A DNA stretch of 64,000 nt from Longimicrobiales bacterium. GTDB taxonomy: Bacteria > Gemmatimonadota > Gemmatimonadetes > Longimicrobiales > Gaopeijiaceae. The stretch's first letter is position 1; the number at the start of each line of letters is the position of its first letter. Of the stretch, positions 29,431-41,352 are shown in pieces. The stretch lies in assembly GCA_965203485.1 (NCBI GenBank), contig OZ241892.1:1760001-1824000 (forward strand). Direction: 5' to 3'. The notes under the pieces are model-generated. The model saw only the letters and a program-made list of their open reading frames with translations. It was not told the DNA's origin and ran no database searches. Both the position numbers and the translations under genes were made by a program.

Positions 29431-29693
29431 GGCGGCTCCTTGGGAACCCGCTGCGGAGTGTCGAGGGGTCCGCAGAAAGTCGGCGGAACCCGGTGGCGTT
29501 CGTCCTGCGCGTGGAATCTAGCGAGAAGCCGCCGGGCGAGAGGCGGGCGGGCGGGCGGGCGAGCCGCTGGGACGGCCCGGGTTGTGGTGGTTATTCTTGT
29601 GGATAAGACGCCGCCCGTGGCGACAGGACGATCGCCGGGCGCAAGGGCGGACCAGGACTATCGCGCTCCGACGCCGAGGAGGCGAAGACGGCT

Positions 29694-30329
29694 TTGAACG
29701 GTGGACCACGGGCCTCTGCGCCGCTCGCCGGGCTTGCCGCGCTCTTGTGCGGCGCCGGTGCCCTAGCGACGCTGGGCGCAGGGTCGGCCGACGACGGAGA
29801 CCCGGACTCGGGCATGGCGCGGGTTGCGGACTCGAGCGCGCCGGAAAGCCAGGCGGCGGCGCTCGCGGCGACGGCAAGCCATCCGTTCCGCTTGTCCGTG
29901 GCCGACGCCGAAGTGGTCGGCGACACGTTGCGCGCGCGCATTCGCTTCTTTTGGGACGATCTGCAACTGGCCGTGATGGAGCACACGTCCGACATGGCGT
30001 TTCGGCTCGCGGAGACCCCGCGCGCCGACAGCATCGTCACGCGCTACATCGACCAGATGCTGGCCATCGAGGCCGGCGGACAGCGGCTGGCCGGAACCCT
30101 CGTGGGCCGCGGAGTCGACGAAGCCGCGCTGATCGACGAGGTGATGTGGTGGTACCGGCTCGAGTACGGCCTGCCGGCCGGCACGGATCGCATCGCCATC
30201 CGCAACCGGCTGCTGTTCAACTTGTTCGAGGATCAGCGCAACGTCGTGCACCTCAAGACGCGCACGGGACGCGAACGGGCGTATTCCTTCGGCTGGAGCA
30301 AGGACAGCGCCGCGGCGGCGCTGAATTAG
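29694..30329 (+). CDS. DUF6702-like exported protein
   Basis: HPFRLSVA..RIRFFWDDLQ..IRNRLLFNLFEDQRNVVH pattern; GAGGAGG upstream. Confidence 0.6.
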   Translation: MNGGPRASAPLAGLAALLCGAGALATLGAGSADDGDPDSGMARVADSSAPESQAAALAATASHPFRLSVADAEVVGDTLRARIRFFWDDLQLAVMEHTSDMAFRLAETPRADSIVTRYIDQMLAIEAGGQRLAGTLVGRGVDEAALIDEVMWWYRLEYGLPAGTDRIAIRNRLLFNLFEDQRNVVHLKTRTGRERAYSFGWSKDSAAAALN

Positions 30330-30579
30330 CGCTCGATCCTATAGCGCAAGACCGCAGGTTGTTCATGCAATTCGGCCGAATCAACCGCTATGCCCGAAAG
30401 CCCAAAGAAGACGCTGTCCGCCGTTCCCGCCAGCACAAGGTATTCGACAAGATGCCAGCCGCTGTCGTACAGCGAATCGGCGGGCAAGCCGTCGTCGCAG
30501 CTGCTGTTGCACACGCAAAGCAAACAACGGGGAACAACGCATTGCTAGGCGTGTTCTCGCTTGACATACGCGTGCGTCG

Positions 30580-31821
30580 TCATCCTGAGCTCCGATCATT
30601 GGGCTGGCGCAGGTTGCCGGCGCCGACTTCCATCTTCCAGAACGCGATTCCCCCCGCCTGCTGGCCCACTTCCACGTCCGCGACTCGCGCGAAGGTCGCC
30701 AAGTCGTAGACGTCCACCTTGCCGGGCTCGGCCCCGACTCCCTCCACCGAGACGAAGGCGTAGCGGCCGTCGGGGCTGACCACCACGCCGTGCGTCACCG
30801 TCGTCGAGGAACCCGCCGTTGCCAGCGCCCTGCCCTCGTCGAGGTCGAAGAACTGCACGCCGGCGCCTTGCTTGAGCGTCGCCACCAGCAGGCGGCCTCC
30901 CGGCGCCAATGCCAAGTTGTACGGTCCCCGGCCGGACTCGATCGCCTGCCGCAACGTCCACGAATCGCGGTCGATCTCCAGGATGCGGTCGCCGGCGTTG
31001 CACGCGACGACCACCGTGCCGACGCCCGGGCGCGGCGTCACCCAGGTCGGCGAGCAGGTGGGCGCTGCACGCCGAACCCCATCCGGTCGGCCGGGCAGGC
31101 CCGCAGTTCCCGTGCCGCGGCCCGGCTCGCCGCCATGAGCGCCGTGGCCCGTCCGACGGCCCCGTCCGATCGGCCCTTCCGCGCCGGCGGCCACCGAGAA
31201 CCGCCGGGCCACCTTGAACGCGCGCGTGTCGATCTCCACCACTTGGTCGTCCATCATGCACGCCGAGTAGAGGAAGTCGCCCGTCGAGTCCAGCCGGGCG
31301 CCGTGCGGCATGACGCAGGTCTCGATCTGCTCCACCTCCACCATCGAGGGCGTGAAGACCACGGACACCGTGGACGGCGCCATCTCGCCGTGGAGGTTGA
31401 AGTTGGCCACGAAGGCGTAGAGGCCGCCGGGCGTGATGTCGAGCGTGGCGGGGAAGTAGCCGAGCAGGACGGGGTCCGCCACCAGCGTGTCGGGGCCGGC
31501 GTGGAACTTCCAGAGCTTCCCGTCGGGCACGCCGTGGCCGGTCGTCATGAAGAGGAACTGGCCGTCCGCCGACACGTTGAGGCCGTGCGGGCCTTCCGTT
31601 TCGGTGGGCATCTCGCCGACCGGCGTCGTCTTGTCCAGCGTGGCGCCGCCCGGTCCGAAACGGACGCGGTGAAGGAGGTCCGCGGACTCGGCGCCGACGT
31701 ACACGTAGTAGGTGGCGGAGGACCGCGGCTGGGCGGTGGCGGAGCCGGCCCCCGGAGCGGGCGCCCACAGGAGCGCAAGTCCTGCAAGCAACGCAAGGGC
31801 GGCGGGACGGGGCAGGATCAT
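30580..31821 (-). CDS. YncE-family (YVTN/cytochrome d1-like) beta-propeller, exported
   Basis: Signal peptide; EGPHG, MPHG, GPYNL, THGVVVSPDGRYAFVS repeats; GAGGAGG RBS. Confidence 0.8.
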   Translation of the reverse strand: MILPRPAALALLAGLALLWAPAPGAGSATAQPRSSATYYVYVGAESADLLHRVRFGPGGATLDKTTPVGEMPTETEGPHGLNVSADGQFLFMTTGHGVPDGKLWKFHAGPDTLVADPVLLGYFPATLDITPGGLYAFVANFNLHGEMAPSTVSVVFTPSMVEVEQIETCVMPHGARLDSTGDFLYSACMMDDQVVEIDTRAFKVARRFSVAAGAEGPIGRGRRTGHGAHGGEPGRGTGTAGLPGRPDGVRRAAPTCSPTWVTPRPGVGTVVVACNAGDRILEIDRDSWTLRQAIESGRGPYNLALAPGGRLLVATLKQGAGVQFFDLDEGRALATAGSSTTVTHGVVVSPDGRYAFVSVEGVGAEPGKVDVYDLATFARVADVEVGQQAGGIAFWKMEVGAGNLRQPNDRSSG

Positions 31822-31850
31822 TTTGCGGGACCTCCTCGACGGCGCACGGA

Positions 31851-31872
31851 ACCGTTGCTCGCTCGCAACGGT
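31851..31872. promoter_or_regulatory. Perfect inverted repeat ACCGTTGC-N6-GCAACGGT in a divergent promoter region
   Basis: 8-bp arms between the divergent starts at 31821 and 31945. Confidence 0.45.
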
Positions 31873-31944
31873 AGGACCATCTTGTCCGGTCCGGCAAGCA
31901 TGTCCGCCGCGCTTCCCTGCCCCGTTGCTCCGGAGAACACGAAG

Positions 31945-33954
31945 ATGACCGCTCGACTCCTCCGCACCGCCGCCTTCGCCGCGCTCGCGTGCCCGCCGCT
32001 TGTCCGCGCCCAAGAGACGAGCGTGGCCGAACTGCGAGCCGACCCGCCTTCGCTCGACATCGAGGTGGGAACCACGGCCGCCGTGCGCGTCACGGCCCAC
32101 GACGCCTCGGGCGCCGTCCTGGAGGCGGCGGTTCGGCTGGTCGCGCCCGCGCGCAGACTGCGCTTGAACCGGACCGACGGCACGGTGACGGGTCTGCAGG
32201 CGGGCGAATGGGCGCTGGTTGCGACGCACTCGCCCGAGGGCGGGCGTCCGGTCTTCTTGCGGATCCCCGTGACGGTCGCGTGGCCGCCGATCGCGCGCGT
32301 CGAGATCGGCGCGCCTGCCTCGGCGCTCTACGAGGGCACCACCGTGCGTCTCCGCGCCGCCGCTGTTCACGCCAACGGCTCGGAGCGTCCCGGCGCGGTC
32401 GTCTCGTGGGCCGTCTCGGACCCGAAGGTCGCGACGGTGGACCGCTTCGGCCACGTGACCGCCCGCGCGCCCGGCGCCGTCGTCGTAACGGCTTCGTCCG
32501 AGGGAGCGCAAGGCGAATTCGCTGCCGCCGTCGAGCCGCTGGCGCTCTCGTCGCTCGCCGTCGAATCGAGCCGCCCGAACGCCCGCACCGGCGACGTGGT
32601 GGACCTGGCGCTGGACGCGCGCGACCATGCCGGCCGGGCCGTGACGGACGCCGCGGTGGAATGGTCGTACTCGTTCGTGCCGGACGACTCGATCGCCGCC
32701 CCGGGGGCCGCCGCAGTGGTCCGCGACGGCAAGTTCGTGGCCAACGTGCCCGGCCAGTACACGGTTCTGGCCACGCTGGGACGCCGCACTGCCCGGGCCG
32801 TCGTGGACGTGCGCCCGCGCGAGGCCGTGCACGACTTGGAGGTCGTCGGCCACGGGCTCGTCAGCCACGTGCACTCCTCGGACTTGTGGGTGTTCGAGGG
32901 GATGGACGGCCGCGACTACGCGTTCACCGGCACGTGGGGCGGCGACGGCTGGGCCTACTTCTGGGACGTGACCGATCCCGCCAGCCCCGCGCTCACGGAT
33001 TCCCTGCAGATCGACGCCCGCACGGTCAACGACGTGAAGGTCGCGCCCAACGGCCGCTGGGCCGCGCTGTCCCGAGAAGGGGCGTCCAACCGCCGCAACG
33101 GCGTGGTCGTGCTGGACTTGGCCGACCCGGCCCATCCCGTCGTGGCGTCGAACTACGACGAAGGACTCACCGGCGGCGTGCACAACATGTTCGCGACCAA
33201 CGATCACCTCTTCGCGCTCTCGGGAGGCGACAAGTACGTCATCCTGGACATGGCCGACCTGGCCAATCCGCGCTACGCCGGCGAGTACAACCACCCCGAC
33301 AGCCGCATTCACGACGTGTGGGTCCACGACGGAGTCGCATACTCTTCCGAATGGCGGAACGGCGTGGTCGTCGTGGACGTGGGCAACGGCCGCTGGGGCG
33401 GCACGATCGAGGATCCGGTCTTCGTCACCAACGTTCCCTATCCCGTCGGGCGCACGCACGCGGCGTTCCCGTACTTCCAGGAATCGACGGGCAAGTTCTA
33501 CCTGTTCCTGGGGGACGAGATCATGAACCGGAGGGACGCGGCTTGGTCGGGCGCGGGGCTGGGCCGCATTCCGTCGCCGGGCGGCACGCCCAGCGTCACC
33601 AGCGGCTACCTGCACGTCATCGACTTCACCGACCCGGACAACCCGAAGGACGTGGCCCGCTACGAAGTGCCCGAGTTCGGCACCCACAACATCTGGGTCG
33701 AGGACGACGTCCTGTACCAGGCGTACTACGAAGGAGGACTTCGCGTGGTGGACGTGTCGGGCGAGCTGATGGGCAACCTCGCCGAGCAGGGACGCGAGAT
33801 GGCCGTCTACAAGTCGTTCGCGCCCCAGGGATACGCGGCCAACGCGCCCATGGTGTGGGGCGGGCAACCGCACAAGGGCAACGTGTTCTTCTCCGACTTC
33901 AACTCAGGGCTCTGGGCGGTCAGAGTGACCCCCAAGCGCCGACCGGTTTCCTGA
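31945..33954 (+). CDS. Ig-like (Big_2) + LVIVD-repeat exported protein
   Basis: Signal peptide; WAVSDPKVATVD Big_2 motif; repeats VVVLDLADP, YVILDMADL, VVVVDVGN, LHVIDFTDP, LRVVDVS. Confidence 0.82.
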   Translation: MTARLLRTAAFAALACPPLVRAQETSVAELRADPPSLDIEVGTTAAVRVTAHDASGAVLEAAVRLVAPARRLRLNRTDGTVTGLQAGEWALVATHSPEGGRPVFLRIPVTVAWPPIARVEIGAPASALYEGTTVRLRAAAVHANGSERPGAVVSWAVSDPKVATVDRFGHVTARAPGAVVVTASSEGAQGEFAAAVEPLALSSLAVESSRPNARTGDVVDLALDARDHAGRAVTDAAVEWSYSFVPDDSIAAPGAAAVVRDGKFVANVPGQYTVLATLGRRTARAVVDVRPREAVHDLEVVGHGLVSHVHSSDLWVFEGMDGRDYAFTGTWGGDGWAYFWDVTDPASPALTDSLQIDARTVNDVKVAPNGRWAALSREGASNRRNGVVVLDLADPAHPVVASNYDEGLTGGVHNMFATNDHLFALSGGDKYVILDMADLANPRYAGEYNHPDSRIHDVWVHDGVAYSSEWRNGVVVVDVGNGRWGGTIEDPVFVTNVPYPVGRTHAAFPYFQESTGKFYLFLGDEIMNRRDAAWSGAGLGRIPSPGGTPSVTSGYLHVIDFTDPDNPKDVARYEVPEFGTHNIWVEDDVLYQAYYEGGLRVVDVSGELMGNLAEQGREMAVYKSFAPQGYAANAPMVWGGQPHKGNVFFSDFNSGLWAVRVTPKRRPVS

Positions 33955-34096
33955 CGACGACTCGCCGGGCAAGGCGGGAGGGGCCGGCCCGGGCGCCCGC
34001 TCGCGGCCTCCCAGCGCCCGGGGGCCGTCCTTCGGGACGCCGGCCGGTGCGACCGCGCGCCCGCCGCACCCCACGCCGCCGCAGGGCCGGGCCCCG

Positions 34097-35338
34097 GTGA
34101 CCACGCTCGCCGCCGTGGTGGCGGTCGTGCTGGCCGCCTCGTTCCTGTGCTCCGTGCTCGAGGCGGTCTTTCTCTCGGTGACGCACTCGCACGTGGCGCT
34201 GATGAAGGAACGGGGCGACCGCGCGGGTCCGCTGCTCGAGCGGATGAAGCGGCGGATCGACGAGCCGATAGCGGCGATCCTCACGCTCAACACGATCGCG
34301 CACACGTTCGGCGCCACCGCCGCCGGGGCCATTGCCGCTGAGGTCTTCGGCGACGTGTGGATCGGAGTGTTTTCGGCCGTCCTGACGTTCGCCGTGCTGG
34401 TGTTCTCGGAGATCATCCCGAAGACGCTGGGAGCGACGTTCTGGAAACGGCTCGCAGGCCCCGCTGCGCACACGTTGCGCGCGCTGGTCTTCGCGATGCG
34501 GCCCGTGATCGTGCCGTTGGGCGTGCTGAGCCGCTGGATCGGTCCCAAGGATCGGAGCGCGACGGTCAGCCGCGCCGAGCTCGCGGTGCTGGCCGACATC
34601 GGACGGCGCGAGGGCACGCTGGACGAGGACGAATTTCGGGTGATGTCGAGGGTGATGCGGCTCGACGCCATCGGCGTGGCGGAGGTCATGACGCCGAGAA
34701 TCGACATCGTGGCGGCGCCGGTGGACGCTTCGCTGCGCGACGCGATGAACCTGATGCTCGACCGGGGCAAGCTGCGCCTGCCCGTCTACGACGGCAACCT
34801 GGACCGGATCGTGGGACTCCTGCTCGCCCGCGACCTCTGGCGGGCGGACCGCGACGGGCGGACCGCCGTGCGCGAAATCGTCCGCCCCATGCAGTTCGCG
34901 CCCGCGTCGAAGACGGTCGAGAACCTGATTCGCGAGATGCGCGCGGCGCGGACCAAGATGGCGGTCGTGCTCGACGAGTTCGGGGGGACCGCCGGCCTCG
35001 TGACGCTGGAAGACCTCATCGAGGAGATCGTGGGCGAGATCCAGGACGAGCACGAGCACGACGAACCGGGCGACTTCGAGGAGATGCCCGGCGGCCGGCT
35101 GCTCGTCTGGGGCGGCGCACCGGTGAAGAGCGTGGAAGAGCGGCTGGGCGTCCAGCTCGGCGACGAGTACGACACCATCGGCGGCTACGTCTTCGGCGCC
35201 CTCGACCGAGTGCCGCAGGCGGGCGACGCCGTGCCTGCCGGCGACGGGCGGCTGAGCGTCGTCAAGGTGCGCCGCCGACGGGTCGAGTACGTCGTGTTCA
35301 CGCCGGGCGGCGGCGAGAAGGCGAAGTCGAGCCCATAG
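34097..35338 (+). CDS. CNNM/DUF21-CBS-CorC domain membrane protein
   Basis: SFLCSVLEA, SEIIPKTLG, VMTPR, VLDEFGGTAGLVTLEDLIEEIVGEIQDE, YDTIGGY. Confidence 0.92.
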   Translation: MTTLAAVVAVVLAASFLCSVLEAVFLSVTHSHVALMKERGDRAGPLLERMKRRIDEPIAAILTLNTIAHTFGATAAGAIAAEVFGDVWIGVFSAVLTFAVLVFSEIIPKTLGATFWKRLAGPAAHTLRALVFAMRPVIVPLGVLSRWIGPKDRSATVSRAELAVLADIGRREGTLDEDEFRVMSRVMRLDAIGVAEVMTPRIDIVAAPVDASLRDAMNLMLDRGKLRLPVYDGNLDRIVGLLLARDLWRADRDGRTAVREIVRPMQFAPASKTVENLIREMRAARTKMAVVLDEFGGTAGLVTLEDLIEEIVGEIQDEHEHDEPGDFEEMPGGRLLVWGGAPVKSVEERLGVQLGDEYDTIGGYVFGALDRVPQAGDAVPAGDGRLSVVKVRRRRVEYVVFTPGGGEKAKSSP

Positions 35339-35463
35339 GTTCGGTGAGGTCGTCCGTCGCGCCGTCGATGGACGGGACGCGCGGCGCACCATATTGTGCC
35401 TTTGCGGACAAGATTCGGGCAATCGACTGGGAACCCGGACGACGAATGAGAAAGCGAGGACGA

Positions 35464-36615
35464 ATGGACAAGCGACGATTGCGCGCTCTCTGGGGCGCCC
35501 CCTGGCTTGCGGCGTTGGCCGCCGGTTGCGGGGAAGCGGACGCGCCGGGCGGCGCCGGGCCGGGCCTTGCGGACGCCCGCTGGACGATCGTGGAGGAGAT
35601 GCGAATCGGCGCGGGCGGCGGCCCTGATCAGTTCGGCCAGCTGAAGGGCTTGGCCGTGCTTGCCGACGGCAGGTTCGCGGTCCTGGAATCGCAGGCGCGC
35701 GAACTTCGCGTCTTCGACCCGGACGGCGGTCACGTGGCCACGTACGGCCGACGGGGCGAGGGGCCCGGAGAGTCGGAGTTCCCCAACGGCCTCATGCTGG
35801 GTCCCCGCGGCCTGCTCTGGGTGCCGGACCCTTCCAACGCCCGCATGTCCCTGTTCGATCCGGACGCCGGCTTCGTCGGGCAGTTGCGGTACGGCACCAA
35901 CCTCACGGAGTGGGCTTGGTCGGGAGCCATGGGCGCGGACGGCCGCGTCTTCGGCCCGGGGTTGGCCCCAGAGACCAGAGCCGACCTGCTGATCGTCTAC
36001 GACTCGACGATGGCCGTGCTGGACACGCTGTCGCTGGAGGATCCGTCGGAAGAATCCGGGGGCGGCACGAATCCAGCTTCGTACTGCTGGTCGCCGTCCG
36101 AGGGCGTGACCCGCTGCGCCGGCGTGCCGTTCTACGCCGGCGTGGTGCGCTTCGTCGATCCGGAGGGATACGTGTGGGAACGCGAGTCCGGGTTCGTCGA
36201 CTACAGAATTCGACGATGGGCGCCCGGCGGCGACACCGTGCTGGTCGTGACCGGCGACCGCCGGCCGACGCCGGTCGCGGCGGCGGAGAGGGACGCCGAG
36301 ATCGCCCGGTTGCGCGAGGATGCCGGGGACTTGGACTGGTCCAGGATTCCCAGCGTCAAGCCGGTCGTGCAGGACCTCTTCCTGTCGGACGAAGGCAACC
36401 TCTGGGTCAAGTTCCTGTCGCCGGGCGATCCGGCGGCTTTCGACGTCTGGTCGCCGGACGGAACGCACTTGGGGGCGGCGGTCGCCGACTTCCCGGTGCA
36501 CATGACCGAAGCGACGCCGGTGGTGCGCGGAGACGAAATGTGGCTGGTGACGACCGACGAGCTGGACACGGAGCACGTCGTGCGAGCGCGCTTGAGAGAG
36601 ACCGGGGCAAGGTGA
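35464..36615 (+). CDS. 6-bladed beta-propeller (NHL-like) lipoprotein
   Basis: Lipobox AAGC; GRRGEGPGE..P; C-terminal DELDTEHVVRARL; GAGGA RBS. Confidence 0.8.
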   Translation: MDKRRLRALWGAPWLAALAAGCGEADAPGGAGPGLADARWTIVEEMRIGAGGGPDQFGQLKGLAVLADGRFAVLESQARELRVFDPDGGHVATYGRRGEGPGESEFPNGLMLGPRGLLWVPDPSNARMSLFDPDAGFVGQLRYGTNLTEWAWSGAMGADGRVFGPGLAPETRADLLIVYDSTMAVLDTLSLEDPSEESGGGTNPASYCWSPSEGVTRCAGVPFYAGVVRFVDPEGYVWERESGFVDYRIRRWAPGGDTVLVVTGDRRPTPVAAAERDAEIARLREDAGDLDWSRIPSVKPVVQDLFLSDEGNLWVKFLSPGDPAAFDVWSPDGTHLGAAVADFPVHMTEATPVVRGDEMWLVTTDELDTEHVVRARLRETGAR

Positions 36616-36731
36616 AGGGATAGGCGCGGCCCCAGGCCGGATGCGCATTGGCCGCGTTGCGTCGGCCACGTGGCCTGCTCGACGTCCAGGCCGGCGAGGA
36701 CGGCGGCGCTTGAACCGCAACGTCCGGTTCT

Positions 36732-37304
36732 CTAGGTCGCGGACGCCCGATCCAAGTCCGCGCCCGCATTCGGGGGGGCGGGCGGATCCTCGCCGCCGTC
36801 CGGCGCCCCCGCGGCGGCTTGCTTCCGGCTTCGGCGGTCCTCGGCCCAAAAGCACGCGGCGAGCAGAACCGCCCCCGTCGTGATGGCCATGTCCGCGACG
36901 TTGAAGATCGGCCAGTGCATGAAGCCCAGGTCCACCGGGCCGATGAAGTCCACGACGCCGCGGTCCCAACGCAGGCGGTCGACGAGGTTGCCCACGGCCC
37001 CCGACACGACGAGGGCGAGCGCCACGAGCTTGGCGTGGTCTCGCGGGGCGGCTTGCACCAAGAGCGCGATCATCAGGCCGAGCGCCGCGATCGTCACCGG
37101 CACGAAGAACCAGCGCGGATCGTCGCCGATCGATATGCCGAACGCGGCGCCTCGGTTGAAGACGAGCGTCAGAGGCACGCGGCCGCCCAGGAAGTCGGGC
37201 CGGGGAGCGCCCGCGAGCGCGGCCAGGGCCCAGCGCTTGGTGACCACGTCGGTGACGAGCACCACGGGCAGGCACACGCCCAGCACGGCAAGCTTGCGCT
37301 TCAC
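36732..37304 (-). CDS. lspA: Lipoprotein signal peptidase II
   Basis: DVVTKRWA, NRGAAFG, GAVGNLVDR, VVDFI, WPIFNVADMAIT. Confidence 0.93.
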   Translation of the reverse strand: MKRKLAVLGVCLPVVLVTDVVTKRWALAALAGAPRPDFLGGRVPLTLVFNRGAAFGISIGDDPRWFFVPVTIAALGLMIALLVQAAPRDHAKLVALALVVSGAVGNLVDRLRWDRGVVDFIGPVDLGFMHWPIFNVADMAITTGAVLLAACFWAEDRRSRKQAAAGAPDGGEDPPAPPNAGADLDRASAT

Positions 37305-37357
37305 GCCGGGGAGTCGCTCATGGAGTGCTGGCACGCGAGGGCGGGCAGAAGCGGGAA

Positions 37358-37716
37358 TGGAGGCGGCGGGAATCGAACCCGCGTCCGAGAACAGTTCCTT
37401 CGAGAGTCTCTACGCGCGTAGATCGCCATCGGGTTCGCTTCCGGCGGGGCTGGCGAACGACTCCGCCGGGCTAGCCGCCTGAAGGTCTCGCCTGCCGGTT
37501 CAGCGGCCTAAACCGGCAAGCCAGCCCGAATCGTCGACGCCTCGCCGATCCGCCTCGGGCGGGCAGGCCGGGAAGCGGGCCGTCTAGCTTCTTTGGCTAG
37601 GCGGCCAGAGCCAAGTCAGTGTTGGCATTCAATCGTTTTCGGGAGGTTTAACGAGGTCCCCGCACCTCGGCGCGCAACTCCGAGATCGCCGATCCCGTCG
37701 AAGCCATGTCGCCCCC
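37358..37716 (-). ncRNA. ssrA: tmRNA; tag (A)ANTDLALAA
   Basis: 5' GGGGGCGACATGGCTTCGAC; 3' GGACGCGGGTTCGATTCCCGCCGCCTCCA; acceptor stem GGGGGCG/CGCCTCC with G3.U70; tag ORF GCC AAC ACT GAC TTG GCT CTG GCC GCC TAG at 37626-37597; CCA not encoded. Confidence 0.95.
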
Positions 37717-37722
37717 GTGTTG

Positions 37723-38841
37723 TCAATCCGTACGTCTTGCAAGGTAGCCGTTCGTCGGCGGAAGGGGAAGCCCCGGAGGATACCGGCCGCCGGTCTCCGT
37801 CTGCGCGAGGTAGCCTTCGAGCGCCGCGTGCACGCCGGCGAGATCGTCGACGGCGAAGAGGCGCTGGCGGAGCCCGCGTCCGCCGGGGAGGCCCTTGGTG
37901 TACCAGCCCAAGTGCTTGCGGAAGTCGCGGACGGCCTTTTCGGGGTCGCGCTCGAAGGCGACTGCGTTCTCAGCGTGCTCGATGCAGGTGGCGAAGCGCG
38001 CCCGAGCGTCCGGGGGCGGCGGCACGGGCTCCCCGTTCAGGGCCGCGCGCGCTTGCAGGAACAGCCAAGGCGCGCCGTGGGATCCGCGTGCCATCATGAT
38101 GCCGCGGCAACCGGTGCGTTCCTTCATTCGCACCGCGTCGGGGCCCGTGCGCACGTCGCCGTTGCCGACGACGGGCACCTCCAGGGCGGCCACGAGCGAG
38201 GCGATCTCGTCCCAGCGCGCCCGCCCGCCGTACATGTCGGTTCGCGTGCGGGGATGCAGCGTCACCAAGCGCGACCCTGCGTCTTGGCACGCCAGTCCGA
38301 TGGCGACGGGATCGCGCGTGGCCTCGTCGTAGCCCGAGCGGATCTTGGTCGTGACCGGGAGCGCGACCGCGTCCACGACAGCGCGCACGATGCGCGCCAC
38401 CAAGCCGAGGTCGCGCAGGCATCCGGAGCCCCCGTTTCGCTTGACCACCTTCTTTACCGGGCACCCGAAGTTGATGTCCACGAAGTCGGGCGCGTAGGTC
38501 TCGGCGACCAGGGCCGCGGCGGCGCCCATGCGTGCCGGGTCGGAGCCGAATATCTGAACGCCGATGGGACGTTCGTCGTCCTCGAAGCGCAGATAGCCGG
38601 CCGTCTTGCCGCTGCCGCGCACGATGCCCTCGGCGCTCACGAACTCGGTGAGCACGACGTCGGCGCCGAAGCGCCGGCAGAGGCGCCGAAAGGGCGACTC
38701 GGAGACGCCGGCCTGCGGCGCCAGGAAGAGGGGCGTCTCGGGCGACCCGGGCACGGGAAAGGGAAAGGCGGGCGCCGGCGGAGGCCGAGGGCGCTCACGT
38801 CGCCGCGCGGCCGCCGCGAGAGCATGCGCTGGTCGGGACAT
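37723..38841 (-). CDS. dusB: tRNA-dihydrouridine synthase DusB
   Basis: LAPQAGVSE, TEFVSAEG, GVQIFG, DINFGCPVKKV, HPRT, GNGDV, RKHLGWY. Confidence 0.92.
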   Translation of the reverse strand: MSRPAHALAAAARRRERPRPPPAPAFPFPVPGSPETPLFLAPQAGVSESPFRRLCRRFGADVVLTEFVSAEGIVRGSGKTAGYLRFEDDERPIGVQIFGSDPARMGAAAALVAETYAPDFVDINFGCPVKKVVKRNGGSGCLRDLGLVARIVRAVVDAVALPVTTKIRSGYDEATRDPVAIGLACQDAGSRLVTLHPRTRTDMYGGRARWDEIASLVAALEVPVVGNGDVRTGPDAVRMKERTGCRGIMMARGSHGAPWLFLQARAALNGEPVPPPPDARARFATCIEHAENAVAFERDPEKAVRDFRKHLGWYTKGLPGGRGLRQRLFAVDDLAGVHAALEGYLAQTETGGRYPPGLPLPPTNGYLARRTD

Positions 38842-38863
38842 CGGCGGCTTGGCGGCGCCGCGC

Positions 38864-39301
38864 CTACTTGGTGACGAACATCTTCATCCAGGCGGTGCGG
38901 CCGTTCACCAGCATCTGGACGAAGTACACTCCGGACGCGACTTGGCGTCCGTTCCGGTCGCGGCCGTCCCAGTACGCCTCGTAGCGGCCGGGCGACGAGT
39001 ACTCGAGTTGCAGGAGCGGCAGTCCCTCGCCGCCGGGGAACGACAGCGCGACGGGCGCGGCCACGAACTGGTTGAGGATGTTGAAGATGCGGATCGAGAC
39101 CGTGGCGGGCCGCCCGTCGGCGAACAGCTCGTCGGTGAGCGCAAAGGGGATTCGCGTCTCGGGGTTGAACGGATTGGGGTAGTTCTGCTCCAAGCGGAAC
39201 CCGGGGCCCGTGCCCTCGCCCCCGACTGGAAGATCCTGGGCGTCCAAATTGCCGAACGCTCCGCAGCACAAGAAGCCCGCGATGCAAGAGAAGCGTCTCA
39301 C
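38864..39301 (-). CDS. Small exported FlgD Ig-like / T9SS type-A CTD-like protein
   Basis: LEQNYPNPFNPETRIPF, IFNILNQFV, YWDGRDRNGRQVASGVYF; start approximate (GTG 39301). Confidence 0.75.
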   Translation of the reverse strand: MRRFSCIAGFLCCGAFGNLDAQDLPVGGEGTGPGFRLEQNYPNPFNPETRIPFALTDELFADGRPATVSIRIFNILNQFVAAPVALSFPGGEGLPLLQLEYSSPGRYEAYWDGRDRNGRQVASGVYFVQMLVNGRTAWMKMFVTK

Positions 39302-39453
39302 AGTGTTCGCCGCCTTCGAGTTCCGTACCGTGGTTGCGATCGCCCCCCGAGGACTATTCGGCGCATTCGGGCGCCGGGCGCCGCCTGCTCCCGGCGCGCG
39401 CCGGCCGAGGCCGACGCGACGCGTCCAACAATAAGTCGGACGGCGCGGCGAGG

Positions 39454-41351
<1,898 letters not shown>

Positions 41352-41352
<1 letters not shown>

